A DNA stretch of 64,000 nt from positions 13,826,001 to 13,890,000 of the forward strand of contig NC_043013.1 of assembly GCF_006345805.1 (NCBI RefSeq). The letters are read 5' to 3'. The position numbers and the translations under genes were made by a program. This stretch comes from Octopus sinensis (Eukaryota). This document shows, piece by piece, positions 1-14,300 of the stretch (the first letter of the stretch is position 1; each line of letters begins with the position of its first letter). The notes beneath the pieces were generated by a model. It did no database searches, was not told the DNA's origin, and saw only the letters and a list, made by a program, of their open reading frames with translations.

Positions 1-577
1 ATCATACATAATGAGTCAATTCAAAAGTGGTTTTCTTTCCAACCGAGAAATCAACATGGAACACAGAACAAACCTATCCATCTTTTTTACTTTTCCAATT
101 TTCTTCAAGTGTCAAGAAGCAGTTGCAGATGTCTGGAGCTCTGATCTAATTTTCTGGACTGTTGTTCTCAGATTCCATTTAATCAAAGCATTCAATTCAT
201 CATGCCAGATATCAGATTTTAGTCTCCCTCTTGATTTATTTTTAATGCTTTCATTTCCTGAACAAAATCTTTGGAACCATTTCTGAACAGTTCTAATGTC
301 AACAGATTCATTACCAAAAGTGCACTTGATATTTTGTAGAGCTTTGGTGGTAGAGTGACCCAACTTGTATTCATACAAGAATATCACTTGATATTATTCT
401 GTTGTCAACATTGTCATAAGAGCTGTGGGTAGCAATTTTGAATAATAGAATTGTCTAGAAAGAAAAAGAGTAAGAGTAAACACAAGCATGTACATAGAAA
501 CTCATTAAAAATCCATTTATAGATGACTCATAAGAAACCCAGTTAAAATACAATATTTCATGTGAGACAACCTAATA
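1..577 (-). mobile_element. Mariner transposon remnant (5' end, HTH domain), truncated by window edge
   Basis: ORF 112-387: LYEYKLGHS...FGNESVDIRTVQKWFQRFCSGNES...RGR, a Mos1/Hsmar-type HTH; TIR-like tattaggttgtctcacatgaaa on the minus strand near 556-577. Confidence 0.85.
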
Positions 578-791
578 TATCTGTGAATAGATCTATTTTT
601 AACATATGATTCCTATTCTTTGTTACTTGCCTCTGTTACAAAGAGATTTCTCCATCTTTTTAGCTTCTCTTACAATTTTCAACATGTTTCTATTTGCCTT
701 TCTTTGAGAAATTTCCTCTTTCTAATTTCTGTCTTATTTTCTTAGTTTCCTTTACTCCTTGTTTACTTTTCACCATACTACTCAGGCCCAG

Positions 792-850
<59 letters not shown>

Positions 851-1027
851 CTTTTTACCTGTCACATAATTCCTTAAACTTTAATTTTATTTCCATTTCA
901 TGCCAAAACACAACTTTTCTTCTATTCTTCACTCCCAGTTAAAAGATAAAGACTGAAATTTGAAACTCTAGACTTATGTCAGATTCACTTTACCAATCTG
1001 GAATTTTCTCATTTACTGATTTTACAG

Positions 1028-1079
1028 ATTTACGAATATTATCTCATCTGGTCATTCAGGATATAAATATGGATATAAG
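1028..1079 (+). CDS. Putative exon 1 (type A, phase 2 to 0): [17 protein letters not shown]
   Basis: tttacag acceptor and AAG/gtaagt donor; open frame; phase fits exon 2; flanks are paralogous to those of exon 3. Confidence 0.55.
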
Positions 1080-2496
1080 GTAAGTTCTCAGAAAAGAAGA
1101 ACAGTAATTCTTTATAAATTTTATATTTTATAGATGAGTTCTTTTTTGCATAGATTGTAACAAATGGTTTGTTGAGAATTTCATCAATGGATTTGCCTAA
1201 AAGGAATGTTGTATGTTCTGTTTATGAATATTTTTATATATTTTCGCACATTGGTACAACAGGCTACTAATTTTACACTTGTAGAACAAGCCTGGTAGAA
1301 CCATCTACTATTTTCCAAAAGATAGAACTGTCTATGCTATTTCTTATTGGTAGATATAAAAACTATATTTCATATATTTACAGCAGGCTTTCATGTTTTA
1401 TAACAAGTGTAATAGTTTTTATTTTAGTATGGATGTATACTGTTTATAGTACTAGACCAACTAGTATTTTCAATGGCACCCAACAATTCTTCACATGACA
1501 GTTCAGCACTGACAATTTCATGCATGACAATTCACCACATCTTTTCCATTTTGAAATTAATAATAAAATCCATTTAATAAGGTGTGCTTGTGTGCTTTCT
1601 GTGATAAACTCCACTACATAGGGCTTGTTTTTTTTATTTTAAAATTAGCAAATGTTTGTAGCTAACTGAAATCCTGAAAAGGAAAAAACATACCATCCTA
1701 TGTTTGCAAAATAACAGTAAGGAAATGTTATATTTGTATTAATAACAAAAATGGTTTGGGGACTGTTAATAATTGAAAATGCTGTATAGCCCTACCAGTC
1801 ACTGTATGGTGACTGGAAAAGTGTAAGAGTATCAGTTCATAGCATCATCTGCCTAGTATCTGTGACCAAAGAGGAGATAACTACACCAAAATGCTAGCAT
1901 CTCACAGTCTAGGTAGGTGGCGCTGCATGACAAAATGCAGTTAGTAGCTTGTTTCCCAGTTCAAATGTGCATCAAGCATATTCGGACTGATAGTAACATT
2001 ATAATTACGGAGAGTGTTAGTGTTGCTACTAACGTGCTTTTGTTGAATCTCATTGGCATGGGCACAGGTTGGAGCAGGATAAATTCACTCATGAATTCAA
2101 GTGATTCCACAGTTGCTCTTTCTGGAGTTGGCAAAGTTTGTTTCTACGTAGACAGTTATTGTCAATAAATAAAATTGATAATAAATTATTTGTGTGTGTG
2201 TGTAGAGGGGGGGGGGGGGCTTTCAACTAATCTTACCTCCGTCCTACTCACAATGAACTTCTTTTTACTGAAAACGAGTTGATGGAGAGGAATAAATTAT
2301 CTTTACAATCTGAAGTTCGGATGTGTGGATGCTGTAAAAATTTTATGGACTCCTTTGTCTTTTGTTACGCTGAGAAGAGAAGTCTAAAACAATCAATGGA
2401 ATGTCAGTTAAAGACTCATTGCTGTTTTAATCGAAGTAAAACTGCAAATTTTCAAAGTAAATTAAATTTAGATTTTTAGTTTCACCACACACACAT

Positions 2497-2555
<59 letters not shown>

Positions 2556-5500
2556 TAAATATCAAACTGAATTGTATTCAAAACATTTTACAGATTTCGT
2601 TGATCTCATGCATGCATGCACACAAATTCACACATGCATACGCACATGTGTATGTATTGGGTCATCCCATAAATAATGCAGTTTTTATACTTCTTTTATC
2701 TTTCAAAATTAAGATGAACAAAGTTCTTTTTTATCTAAAATATACTCTCCTTCATTTCCTACAATGCTCTTCCATCTAACTAGTAGAATTGTAAGATCCC
2801 TCTTCCAAAATTCATTTGTCCATGATGAAAAATACTTCTCTAGTACTTTTCCAACCTCATCTACAGAATTCATATTTTTTCCGTCCAAATGATTTTGAAG
2901 ACTGTGGAATAAATGATAATAAGATGGAGCAATGGTGTGTGGGACATCGTTTCCCACTCAAACTGTTCAGCTTTCAGAATGCTATCCCCACTGTATGCAG
3001 CTGAGAATCATCCTCATGGAAGAACACCTTTCATCTAGAAACCAAAGATGGTCGTTTTTCTTCTAGTGCTAACATAAGCCACTCAAGTTGCTCATAGTAG
3101 ATCTCCTTTGTTATAATTTGGTTTGGGTTTAACATTTGGAAAGTTTATGAGGAACTCATTGACCCAATTTGCTGACTTTTCCAATGGCACACAGGTGTCA
3201 ATGAATGGTTGAATCCAAGCTTCCCTGCTAAATCCAGGCTTCTCTGCAGGTTCCTCAACAGTTATAATGTGATTTCATTCTACTAGGGTTTGCAGGACGT
3301 CCTCAGAATTTCTGGAACCACTGTTAACTCTGGATTATATTTATTGTCTGATCTCCATATCATATACTGCATAAATATTCCTCACACTTTCCATTGCATT
3401 GTTGTCTTTATTGAACACATAAAGTAAAATACACCAAAGATGCTCCTTTGTTACTTCCATTATAGGTTTGAAAAAATAACTGTTAAAAGCGAATTACACT
3501 CTTCAAAACTTGCACTAAAGATATGTATAAGGTAAAATTACTACCTGCTTTTATAGCAAGTTGATGCAGGTAGTTTATCCCATCCCCCTCCGACTTTTAG
3601 TTCAGTCAATTGATAAAACTGCATTACTTATGGGGTGACCCAATACGTCTCCATATCATTGCACATTGGTACAATTAATACAATCCATTGGTACTATACA
3701 TTTAAACATTTTCATTTAAGTATCTATCTACATTTACCTTCAATTAACTTTGAGTTTATCGTCTTAATTACTTAATCACATCCTTAGATTCTCAAATGGA
3801 ATATATATTCATTAACAATACAGCTTATACCTTAATTTTAAGTTTTATTCTATTTATGTCTTGTATTTTTAGTTTTAATTTTTAATTGTTTTATTCTTAA
3901 AACAATTACATACGTACATACATACATGCTGCATGCATTAGTATCAATCAGGGTGAATGAGTGCTCTCAACATCATATTGGTGGATAAATATTCTTTACA
4001 TTTGGGTTATCCTGACTACCATTAGTTTCATGGAGGGAGAGAAATATCTCAACAATTATTCAGGTCTACCATATGGGACGTTGGTGTTTGTCTCCATCAC
4101 ATCATCATCATTATCATCATTAAGTAACTTCCATTTTCCTTGACAATTCAATAGCATCCAATGAGTTAAAGGACTGTGTTTAGCTTCAATGTCTGATTTG
4201 GTTTCTATTTATTGACAAAGAGAGAAAAATAATAATTAGAGAGTATAATATGTAAGTTGAATGGTACTGACTTCATATACAGAGGAAGAAAGATTTTGAA
4301 GGATATAGTCACTAGTTGGACCTTCCTAAGCTTCTTACACTGGAAGATAAATACCAAGTGATCAGAGACATTCACTTGGTTTTAATTTTCAGTTTCAATT
4401 CTTAGTTTCAATTTCTGTTTGAAGAGAAATAAGAAGTTATCATAGCTTTGTATTTCTCTTCCCATAAAATTGTTGGCATGTGCTTCGTATAACACAATTA
4501 ATATGATAAATACTATCAAACATCATCATTATCATTTAAACCCCTATTTTTTTGTGCTGACACATTGTTGCATAGTTCTATTATATATATCATTTCTTTT
4601 GTTTTCAGAACATTGTTAAATACAGCAGAGAAGAAGAGAGGTAATGCAAGGAACTAGTAAAATTTGATAATACATATGTTAGAATTTCAGCTATGGTGTA
4701 TAGTGAATTCAAAAACTTCACTCAGCTGAGATTATCCCAGTAAATGCTAAACAAAAACTTCTCTTAAAATCAGTTTACTATCGAATTTCCATATAAGTCT
4801 TTTCTCATAATATGTTGGAAATACACTCCCAAATCTTACTCAATTCTATCACTGGCATTATTTACAAAATCAGAAAGACAGAAATCAACAGAATGCTCAA
4901 ATAATTCAAAATTTGGTTGGCATTTAATATAGCAATCCATCATTTCTCTAAGACAAGTATAGCATTAATGATTTCAACAATCAAACACATTATTATTTGT
5001 GAAACAATTTAGATTCTATGATATTGATTTCCTTCTCTTATCATATAAGAAACAGATTTATGCAAATTAAACCGAAATTGAAACTGATTTGTGAACTCAG
5101 TGGGAAATCTGATAATTATAATTTTAATTATATTCGTGCATAGAAGAGGAGAGAGGGAGAGAGAGAGAGAGAGATTTACTGATTTGGGAATTCTATTATT
5201 TTCTGGCAAGAGATTTGAGTAAAGTTTGTGTGTTTAATATGAAATGATTTAATCATGGAAGATGAATGAGAGCCAAACACAACATATATTATTATATTCA
5301 CTCCATTATATTTTCTTATAAATATTAAATATGAGTAAGTCTCAAAAGGTTACACCAAACCCATGATTTGTGGCAGTTTGGGATGAAGATAAAAATGAAC
5401 AGTTTCATTGTTACTTAACAATTCTACAGAATACAGTTTCATATCATATGCTAAGGGTAAGCTGCAATTAAAGCATGAAATTCAGTTTATGAGAAATTCA

Positions 5501-8500
5501 GGTCTTTGTGTTCCTTAACAAAAATAATTCAAAGATACAAAAATATGAGAAATATAAAATAAAGACAGTGAATTAAAAACCAAGAGGAAATGGAAAAGAC
5601 AACAAAGATTGAAGCAAAAGTCTATTTCTATTAAGAGAGAAAAGAGAGAATATTAAGCAAAGGAGAAATGGATTGTCCATGTTTTATTTCAGATGGTCAT
5701 CATAGTAATGGATACAGGAAGTGGTATCAGGTATGTGAGTTCTTGAAGAGGAGAGTGGAAATGGGTTGGTGATGTACGTGTGGAACTCAGGTAAAAAGAA
5801 ATAAGGAAAGAATAAAAAGTGTGTCCCTATACAGTATGTATGTGTGAGAGGGTGAGTGCAAATGAAATAAGAAAAAATAGGTGAAAATGAAATAAGGAAA
5901 GACTAAAGAGTGACAGGGATGTGTCACTACACAGTATGTATATGTGAGAGGGTGAGTGTAAGATTCAAGTAGTGTGAATATGTGTGTATGTACATGTGGT
6001 GGATGGCAAATGATGGAAGGACTTACAGAAACAGAAGTTAATTCCAGTGGGGGATAATACCTATAAAGGGATAGTTAATCAGGTGTAGAAGTGGCGGGGG
6101 AGGGGTGAAAAGAGAAAGGAAACAATTAGGATAAAACTAATTAATGACTAATTCTAGCTGTCGATTGGTGTATCTAAAACGAAAATCAATCAGTATTCAC
6201 AAAAAATTTGGTTGATGGATGAAGTCTGGTATTGGAGAAATCTGTAACCTCCATCAGCATGTTAACCAATCATCTTCACACCTGTCTCAATTTTACATGT
6301 GTTAGTGACTCGACCCCATGACCTACCACTTTCCAATACTGACCATTTGATCCTGGTTAAAGGTTTTCACTTCATTTACTTCACTCTATCAAAGACTGAC
6401 TTGCAGACCCAGAAAAGCCCTAAGTGTTTCTCAAAAGCTTGTTTTGGGACCAGGTTTCTTAGCAATTTATATTCGATTGGATTATTTGTGCAGCACTATC
6501 TGTAATTTGTTGGGAGGATGTGAATATTTATGTGTCTGCTAATGAAGCTGTCTAAGTGTATTAAGGAGGTAAGGAAAGGTTGTGTAGGAAGAGATTGAAA
6601 ACACGATGGAGATGCCCAACAGATTCGATTTGGGAAATTATATTCTCAAAGTGTTTTTCTTGTACACTACATAGACATGGCAGCTTGATAGACTGTTTGC
6701 TCCCCAGCATTTTGTATTGTTCACTGGAGAGAGAGTAGAGAGGTTGCAATATTTCCAGACCACTATGCTACATACCATACATTTCATAATTGAATGTCTT
6801 AGTGTGCATGTGTACTGAGGTCTCAGATGGAGACATAGTAGAACTGGCAAGATGAATTTCTGGCTCATACCTTGTTGTTTGCTAACCTATTTCTGTTGTA
6901 TGACTGCATAATCAGGGATGACCTGTGCAGAAAACAACAATAATAATAGTTCTTCTCTTTCTTCTACTAAAACCCATATGTATTGTCTACACACTTCCTG
7001 TGTCTGTTACCATCATGCTCTGAAATAGCACACAGTATTTCTCTTAATTTCTCTCTTCTTTACCTAAAAAAGAAGGGCTGATATTTGAAGCATTGATGAC
7101 TTGTTCATTTTCCAAACAACTTAATATACTGAAGTTTTTATATTTTTTTTTAATCAAATATTTGATTGTTATTTGTTAAAATGTTAACTGCATGTGTCTA
7201 GTTATAACTGATTTGCATAATAGTAAAAGATTGATGGCTGGATAACAATTACTATACTATGGGTTAGGAATAAAGAAATTATGAATCAATGGATCAACTC
7301 TGTTGTGAAATTTAACATCCAAGTGGCTGAGCATTCCTTAGACATGCGTACCCTTATTGCAGTTCTCACAGAGAGTCAGCATGAGACACTGAATGTGACA
7401 AGGCTGGCCCTTTGCAATACAGGGACAACTCATTTTTGTCAGCTGAATGGACTGAAGCAACATGAAATAAAGTATCTTGCTCAAGCACAAAGGCACTGCC
7501 AGATATTGGACTGAAGCCCTTATGATCATGGGGCAAATAGCCCAACCACCAAGCTATGCACCTTCCCATATATGAAATAATAGCCATATGAATTCTTTGG
7601 CTCTTGGTGAATCACAAAGAAACAATAAAACTGGTCACTTTGATTCTTATCCTAAATGGCTGAGACCTCATCTGACATAATTGCAAAGAAACACTAAATA
7701 TATATGGATATTATTTGATATAATTATTAAATAATGACCCATGTTATACCGATACTGTTGCAAATATTTATATATCTGTAAATTGATCTAGTTTTAAGGT
7801 ATGATTCCTCTTCTTTGTCACATGTCCCTGTCACAAATACTTTCTCCACCTTTCTGTGACTTAGAATTTTCAGTATATTTTTACTTGTCTTCCTTTGAGA
7901 AATTGCCTCTTTCTAATTTTTGCCTTAATTTCTTAGACTCCTTTACTCTTTCTTTCCCTCTCACCCTTCATCTCTGACTGAATCACTCTCTCTGGTTATA
8001 ACTTTCCACCTGCTACACAATTCCTTAAATTTTACTTCCATTTCAATGTCCTTGATTCCATTCCAAGCAACGATGCAACTTTTCTTCTGTTTTTCACTTT
8101 CTTTTCAATGATAAAGACTGAAATATTAGACTCTACACTCATGTCAAATTCTCTTTACTAATCAGGAATTTTCTCATTTACTTATTTTAACAGCAATACG
8201 AATAGTTTACAGTTTCAAAGAACTATCTCATACTGTATTCCAAACTTTCCACTAAAAATATCTATATTGGTAAGTGTTCAGAAAAGCAGATAAGTAATTA
8301 TTTTTAATTTTGTATAATTCTTTGATTAGTTCTATTTGCATAAACTATAACGAATGGTTTGTTGAGAATTTCATAATTTTTTTTTTTTTGTATAAAAGAA
8401 TGCTGTATATTATGTTTTGAAATATATTTATATATTTTCCAATATTGGTACAACAGGCTACTATTTTTTATACCTGTAGACCAAGCTATTATTCTTCAGA

Positions 8501-11259
8501 CTAGTGGAGCCATCTACCAGTTTTCCAACAGGTAGATCCAGCAACTATATGCAATACATTTACAGCAGGCTTCTTTATGTCATACTATTATGGCCAGTGT
8601 AGTAGTTTTCAGTTTAGAATTATTGGATGCTGTTTTTCGTATTAGAAGAATGAGCTACTATATATCATATTGGTAAACCAGACTAGTATTTTTTTGGAAT
8701 TTGTTGAGTAAGTTGCTAGTTTACATATCATTAGTGGTGGAAAATTATTTTAGATAAGATGGAGCCTAACTTACTATTTTTCATATCAGTAGAGCCAGTT
8801 CCTAATTTCCCCAGATGTTGTAAGACAATCAAGGGATGGTATATCTTATAAACAAGAAGACAGAAAAAATGTGCTAAGAATATGTATGGGAATAGAACAC
8901 TATCTCTCCAGTATATTATTTAGCCATGCTAACTGATATGCCAAAGTGACATAAAAAAATATAGCCATCTAAATTAAAACCCCTAATTTAACAAACTGAG
9001 ATAGACATACATTTGGCTTGTCATTGGAAACTCAGATCTTACAGTTTCAAAGTATGAATATGTCACATGGAATCACCCTTATATTCTTGAGGGGATCATT
9101 CAGAAATTCTATAGAAATTTTTTTTGTAGTTCCAAAGATTAGAAGTTTTAGAGAAGGGATGTTAAGAATGCTGGTTTTAAAAACGTTTTAAAAGAAATAT
9201 GCCTTTTCTATAATCGTTGGCAAAAATTGATGCTATAAGATTGTCAGTCGTTGAATCCCCAACATTTTTTCTCATATTCAATATCATTTCTTTTATTTGC
9301 AGGATGATGTTCAGGAATGGGTACAGGAAGACATAAAATTGAGGTACTAAATAGCATACTAAATTGCTACTCTTCTAAATCTTACTCCATTAGATCACTA
9401 GTATTATTTATGAATGGCATACAGATGGAAAAATAACAGATGGCTCACAAAAAGCAAATGATTGGCATTTAATATAGCAATCTATCGTTTCTCTACATTT
9501 ATCTCTCTTAAGATAGCTATACCATTAATCATCAACATCATCTTTTAACATCTGCTAGCATGGGTTGGACGGTTGGTGAGCTGAGGGGCTGCACCAGACA
9601 CTAGTCTGATTTGGCATGGTTTCTACCATTGAATGCCCTTCCCAATGCCAACCACTCGAAAAGAATTAAGGGTGCTTTAATGTGCTACTGGTTCCGGTGT
9701 CAGTTGTGTGTCAGGTCTGCAGGTGGTCGGTCTGCACAGATGGAACCGCGAATGGCTCACTATCTCCAGTGACCTTGCACAGAACCGTCGAGTGTAAGCT
9801 GCCATGGTTCGTGATGCCGTTAGGACCAGAGAAGAAGCCAGCTCAACCCGCCCTGGGTGAACGCCATCACAAGTACAAGTAAGTACCAAATGTCTCAATT
9901 GTTTGTGAGGCCCAAAGCTTTAAAGGTGCTTTTTATCAGCATCAGCCACATTACCTCATGAGGCCCTGTGCTTGAAATGTGCTATTTGAATGCCACTGGC
10001 ATGGGACACCTGTTACATGGCACCAGCTCAGCCACAACTATGAGTTGACACTTGGCTTGACTAGTCTTCTCAAGCACAGCATATCTCCAAAGGTCTCAGT
10101 CACTAGTCATTGCCTCCGTGAGGTCCAACATTCGAAGATCATGCTTCACCACCTCGTCCCATGTCTTCTTGGGTTTACTTCTTCCACAGGTTAAATCCAT
10201 CCCTAGAAATCAGCACATTTACACAGCTGTCTACATCCATATGCATCACATAATCACACTAGCGCAGTTGTCTCTCTTGCACACCACATCTGATATCTCT
10301 TATGCCCAACTTTTTTCTCATGACACTCTCTACCCTACATTCACAATGACCTTGTACGTCCAGCAAAGCATACTAGCTTCATTTCTTTCAAGCCTACACA
10401 TGTCCTTGGCTGTTACAGTCTATGTTTCACTGTCATGTAGCATGACTGTTCGCACACAGGCATCATACAATCTACCTTTCACTCTGAGGGAGAGGCTCTC
10501 TTTGTTGCCATCAGAGGTAAGAGCTCTCTAAACTAAGCCCAGCCTATTCTTATTTTTGTAGCTATGCACTCAGAGCATCCACCTCCACTACTGATTTGGT
10601 CACTTAGATAATGGAACCTATTAACTACTTCTAGCTTTTCACCCTGGCATTTGATGGAATCTATTTTCTGTACATTTTTAGTGTTTATTGTACCTGTGCA
10701 CCTACTACACACAAAACTATTTCCCTGTTAACCTTCCTCTGATGTTGCTGCACCTCTTATGCATCCATAGCTTACACCAGGTACATCTTATGAAGTTTCT
10801 ACTTATACTTTTCCTACGGATCAGGCAGGGCCATCTACTAGAAGGGATCTAGGATTTGTCTACTTTCCTAATTACTAAGACTTTGGTTGTTTTTGCTAGA
10901 TTATCTCTAAGGTCTCTGATTCTAGACGTTCCTTCCACACCTGAAATTTCTTCTCTAGTTCAGGTAGGGATTCGGCTGTAAGAACAAGGTTATCAGCATA
11001 GAGGAGCTCCCAGGGGCAGCCCATCTTAAATTCTTCTGTTATTGCCTGGAAGAGTAATTTTAACAATCACACACATTTTATTGGTGGAAGAATTTACATT
11101 TTGTGATATTGATTCCTTTCTCTATTGTATAAGGAACAGATTGATGTAAATTAAACAAAACTTGAAACTGGTTTGTAAACTCAATGGGAAATCCATAATA
11201 TCTGCTAATGATGATCCTAATTATATTCATGGACTACCAGGAGAGATAAATAGATAGCT

Positions 11260-11303
<44 letters not shown>

Positions 11304-14300
11304 AGATGTGCTTCATGAGAACACAGCTTGAATTATATCCCCATATATATAGATGGGTGTGTATGTGTGTGTGTGTGTGTGTTGTGTGTGTCTGGCTTTC
11401 ACAGCCCTAAGCAGTTTGATGTATTACATTTTGACTCTTTGAATTTCAAGTGATTTTGGCACTGCATTCATCTTGATGTTCTTCAAAGTCTTTACATAGT
11501 CGATGAAACTGATGCACAAAGGCTGCTTGTATTCTTTCACTGAATATCGAATTCTATTTTTTAATGAGAGATTTGTTCTAATTTTGTGTGTTGAAACTAA
11601 AATGACTTCCTCATGGATGAAGAGTGATAACCACCACAACATACTTATATTTTTATAATCGCTTTATTATATTTTCTTATAAAATATTGATTTCAAAGGT
11701 TGACTCAAGGACAGCAATTTCAGGGGAGGGGTATATAGATACATCAACCCCAGTATTCAACTGGTACTTAATTTATCAACTCAAAAAGCCAACCTAAGCT
11801 GAACTAGAAATCAAGAAGTAAAGATGAGCAAAATGCTGCTAGCATTTTGCCCAGCGTACTAATGATACCTCTGCCAGATTTCCCTCTTATTTTCTTATAA
11901 CATATTTTTATGGAAGAATCCCGAACACCCCCGAAGTGACTAAAATTGGACTAACCGATTACTATAAATAAGATCTGATTATTGAACTATCAGGTAGTTG
12001 ACGGTGTCAGTTCGACCATGTTGTTTTACCATGTTAATTTGACATGGTTTTGTTTAACAGTCAGTAGTTGAATAGTGAATGCTGAGTATCGTACCTACAT
12101 TGGAGAAGTGTGTGTGCATTCTGTGTTAACATATTATTATGAGTTTGGCTAGTGCATTTCTTGGTGACCCACTTTGGAATGGTGGCGCCGGCACGTCTGG
12201 AAGAAAAGAGACAGTCCTTTGTTTACTGGGAGATTAATGGGGTTTTGGAGGGACCTCTGGCCTTGTGCGGTCGATTAGGGGTCAGAGAGAGATGTGAGGA
12301 AGAATCTAGCAGTAGTGAGAAAAAGATAGAGTAAGAGCTGAGGGCAGATAGAGAGGGTATAAGCAGTAGAGACAGATGGAGATTAGGGTAGTGGGAAGGA
12401 GAGAGAGGAAGTGAGGTTTTGGCAGTTGGCATTCGGTCGTCAAAGAGGACAGATGGATCTTGGAAGTCAGGACGAAGAGTTGCAGTCTTAGGAGCAAGCG
12501 GTGGGATTCAAGAGCTTGGCAAGCTGAAGTTAGCAGTATTGAGAGAGAGATGGAGTGCAATATGGGACACTGGCGATTCTAATTAGGAATTAAGGTATTT
12601 GATTATGTATTGATACGTGTCACGATGTAAAGAGACAGTGAAAAGAACAGTAAAGGACTTGTTGATGTGTCGATTATCGAGTTGTGGTATTTATGTTCAG
12701 AATTGTGCTGATACATATTACAAAAGAAAATAGAAATGAGATTGTAAAGACTTTAAAGAACTGTGACGTTATCTGTGATGTGTTTTTAATAGAACTGTTG
12801 TCTCCGGACGTGTACCTTTGAATTTCTGTTGTTATTATGCTTTGATCTGTTGTATGATGTATTGAGTAGTCACGTGCATGTCCTCCTTTAAATGTTTGCC
12901 TTAAATGCTTTGATGTGTAACAATTGTCGTATAAACTAGTTGTTAAATGTAAGCCAGTGTTGCCGTTTTGTGCCTTGCCTCTTTGCGTCTCTCTCTGTGT
13001 CTCTGTTGCCTTGCTGCGGTTGTGTCTCTCTCTCCTCTCTCCGACGAGTTTCCCGAGCTTATTCGCTGCATCGAACGGGCCTGTGTGAGGATTTCCGTAA
13101 CAGTTCGAATCGGAGGTCCCACCCCGCGTAACAATATATTTCTGCAATAGCTTATTTTTAGATGACCACAACCAACTGTTTAATAATGAGTCATACCATT
13201 TTACACTTGATGTGTACTCCCATGTCATGACATTTTTGGTGACAGGATTATTTGAAACTCTTGCTGGACTGATATTTGTTTGAACATGGAAGGTTTACTA
13301 GCTTCCGTAATTCAGTTACGGCAGCAGCTACAATAGCAACAATAACAACAGAATTTCAGAAGCAACAGCAACTGTTAGTACAACTGATACAGAAGAAAAC
13401 AGAAAATACATCTAGTTCATTCAACCCTGACACTGTCACAAACTCAATCTAAGAGTTCGCATGTAACCTAGAGGAGGGTACCACCTTCTCTGCTTACTTT
13501 AGAAGGTATGAGGAAGTTCTTAGAGAAGAATGCTGTAACTGGCAAGACGAAAAATATAACTCAACTTGTTTTGAGAAAGATGACAACAGCCGAGCGTAAG
13601 AAATAATGCAATTTCATATTACCAAAGAAACTGGTGAAATCTGTTCTGAAGAAACGGTGAATCAAAGATTTTCAGTGGAAAATACTCTTTATGTAATATA
13701 TGCTGGCAATGCATGAATATTATAGAAAAAAAGGACGAAGATTTTACTACATACAGTGGAATCATTTACAAGGAAAGTGAGAGATTTAAAATAAACATCA
13801 GATATGTTTAAATGCTTAACTTTCATCCAAGGTTTATTGGTAAGGAAAGATGCAGAAATTTTCATTAATTTTTGTATGAGAAAGAAACAACCAAAGACAC
13901 GGGGTGGCTTCTTTGTAGTTTATACAGAAAACGTTAAACATCTCTAAAAAATACATGGTCCCCACCCCCAACTAAAAGACATGAAGAACTATCAAACAAG
14001 GTGAATAAATACCAGGGATTGGAGCAAGAAGAGAGAGCTAACACTCAATCCTTCTAGAACTCCCAGAAGGAAAACCTAAACACCTGAAAGACTTTCCCTA
14101 TATTCATAACTAAATGTTTTTCTCTCTTCTTCATTGTTAAAAGTAAAGAAGCTAGAAAAAATCAATCGTATTTCAATCTAATTACCATTTTAAATGACTG
14201 AAGCTTTCCTTTCCCTGTCTCTATATCTTTTCTCTCCTTTTCTCTGTGGTTAAGAGAGTGAAGGTGTGTGGCTCAGTGGTTAGGGGTATTTGGCCCACGA

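Larger units (their letters stand above)
578..5345 (+). repeat. Intragenic duplication unit 1 (exons 1+2 and flanking introns)
   Basis: 578-1460 resembles 7770-8690; 4590-4990 resembles 9280-9530; 4985-5345 resembles 11070-11690. Confidence 0.8.
7770..11690 (+). repeat. Intragenic duplication unit 2 (exons 3+4 and flanking introns), interrupted by an RTE insertion
   Basis: Colinear similarity to unit 1, e.g. gataaagactgaaat...ggaattttctcatttact and ttggcatttaatatagcaatc. Confidence 0.8.

Noticed and set aside
1470-2170. Short gacaatt/gacagtt repeats followed by an 83-aa ORF, possibly a MULE-like end
   Set aside because: No matching second terminus or transposase motif that I can support
12674-13228. 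184-aa minus-strand ORF
   Set aside because: Lies antisense within the Gypsy LTR region; no recognisable domain
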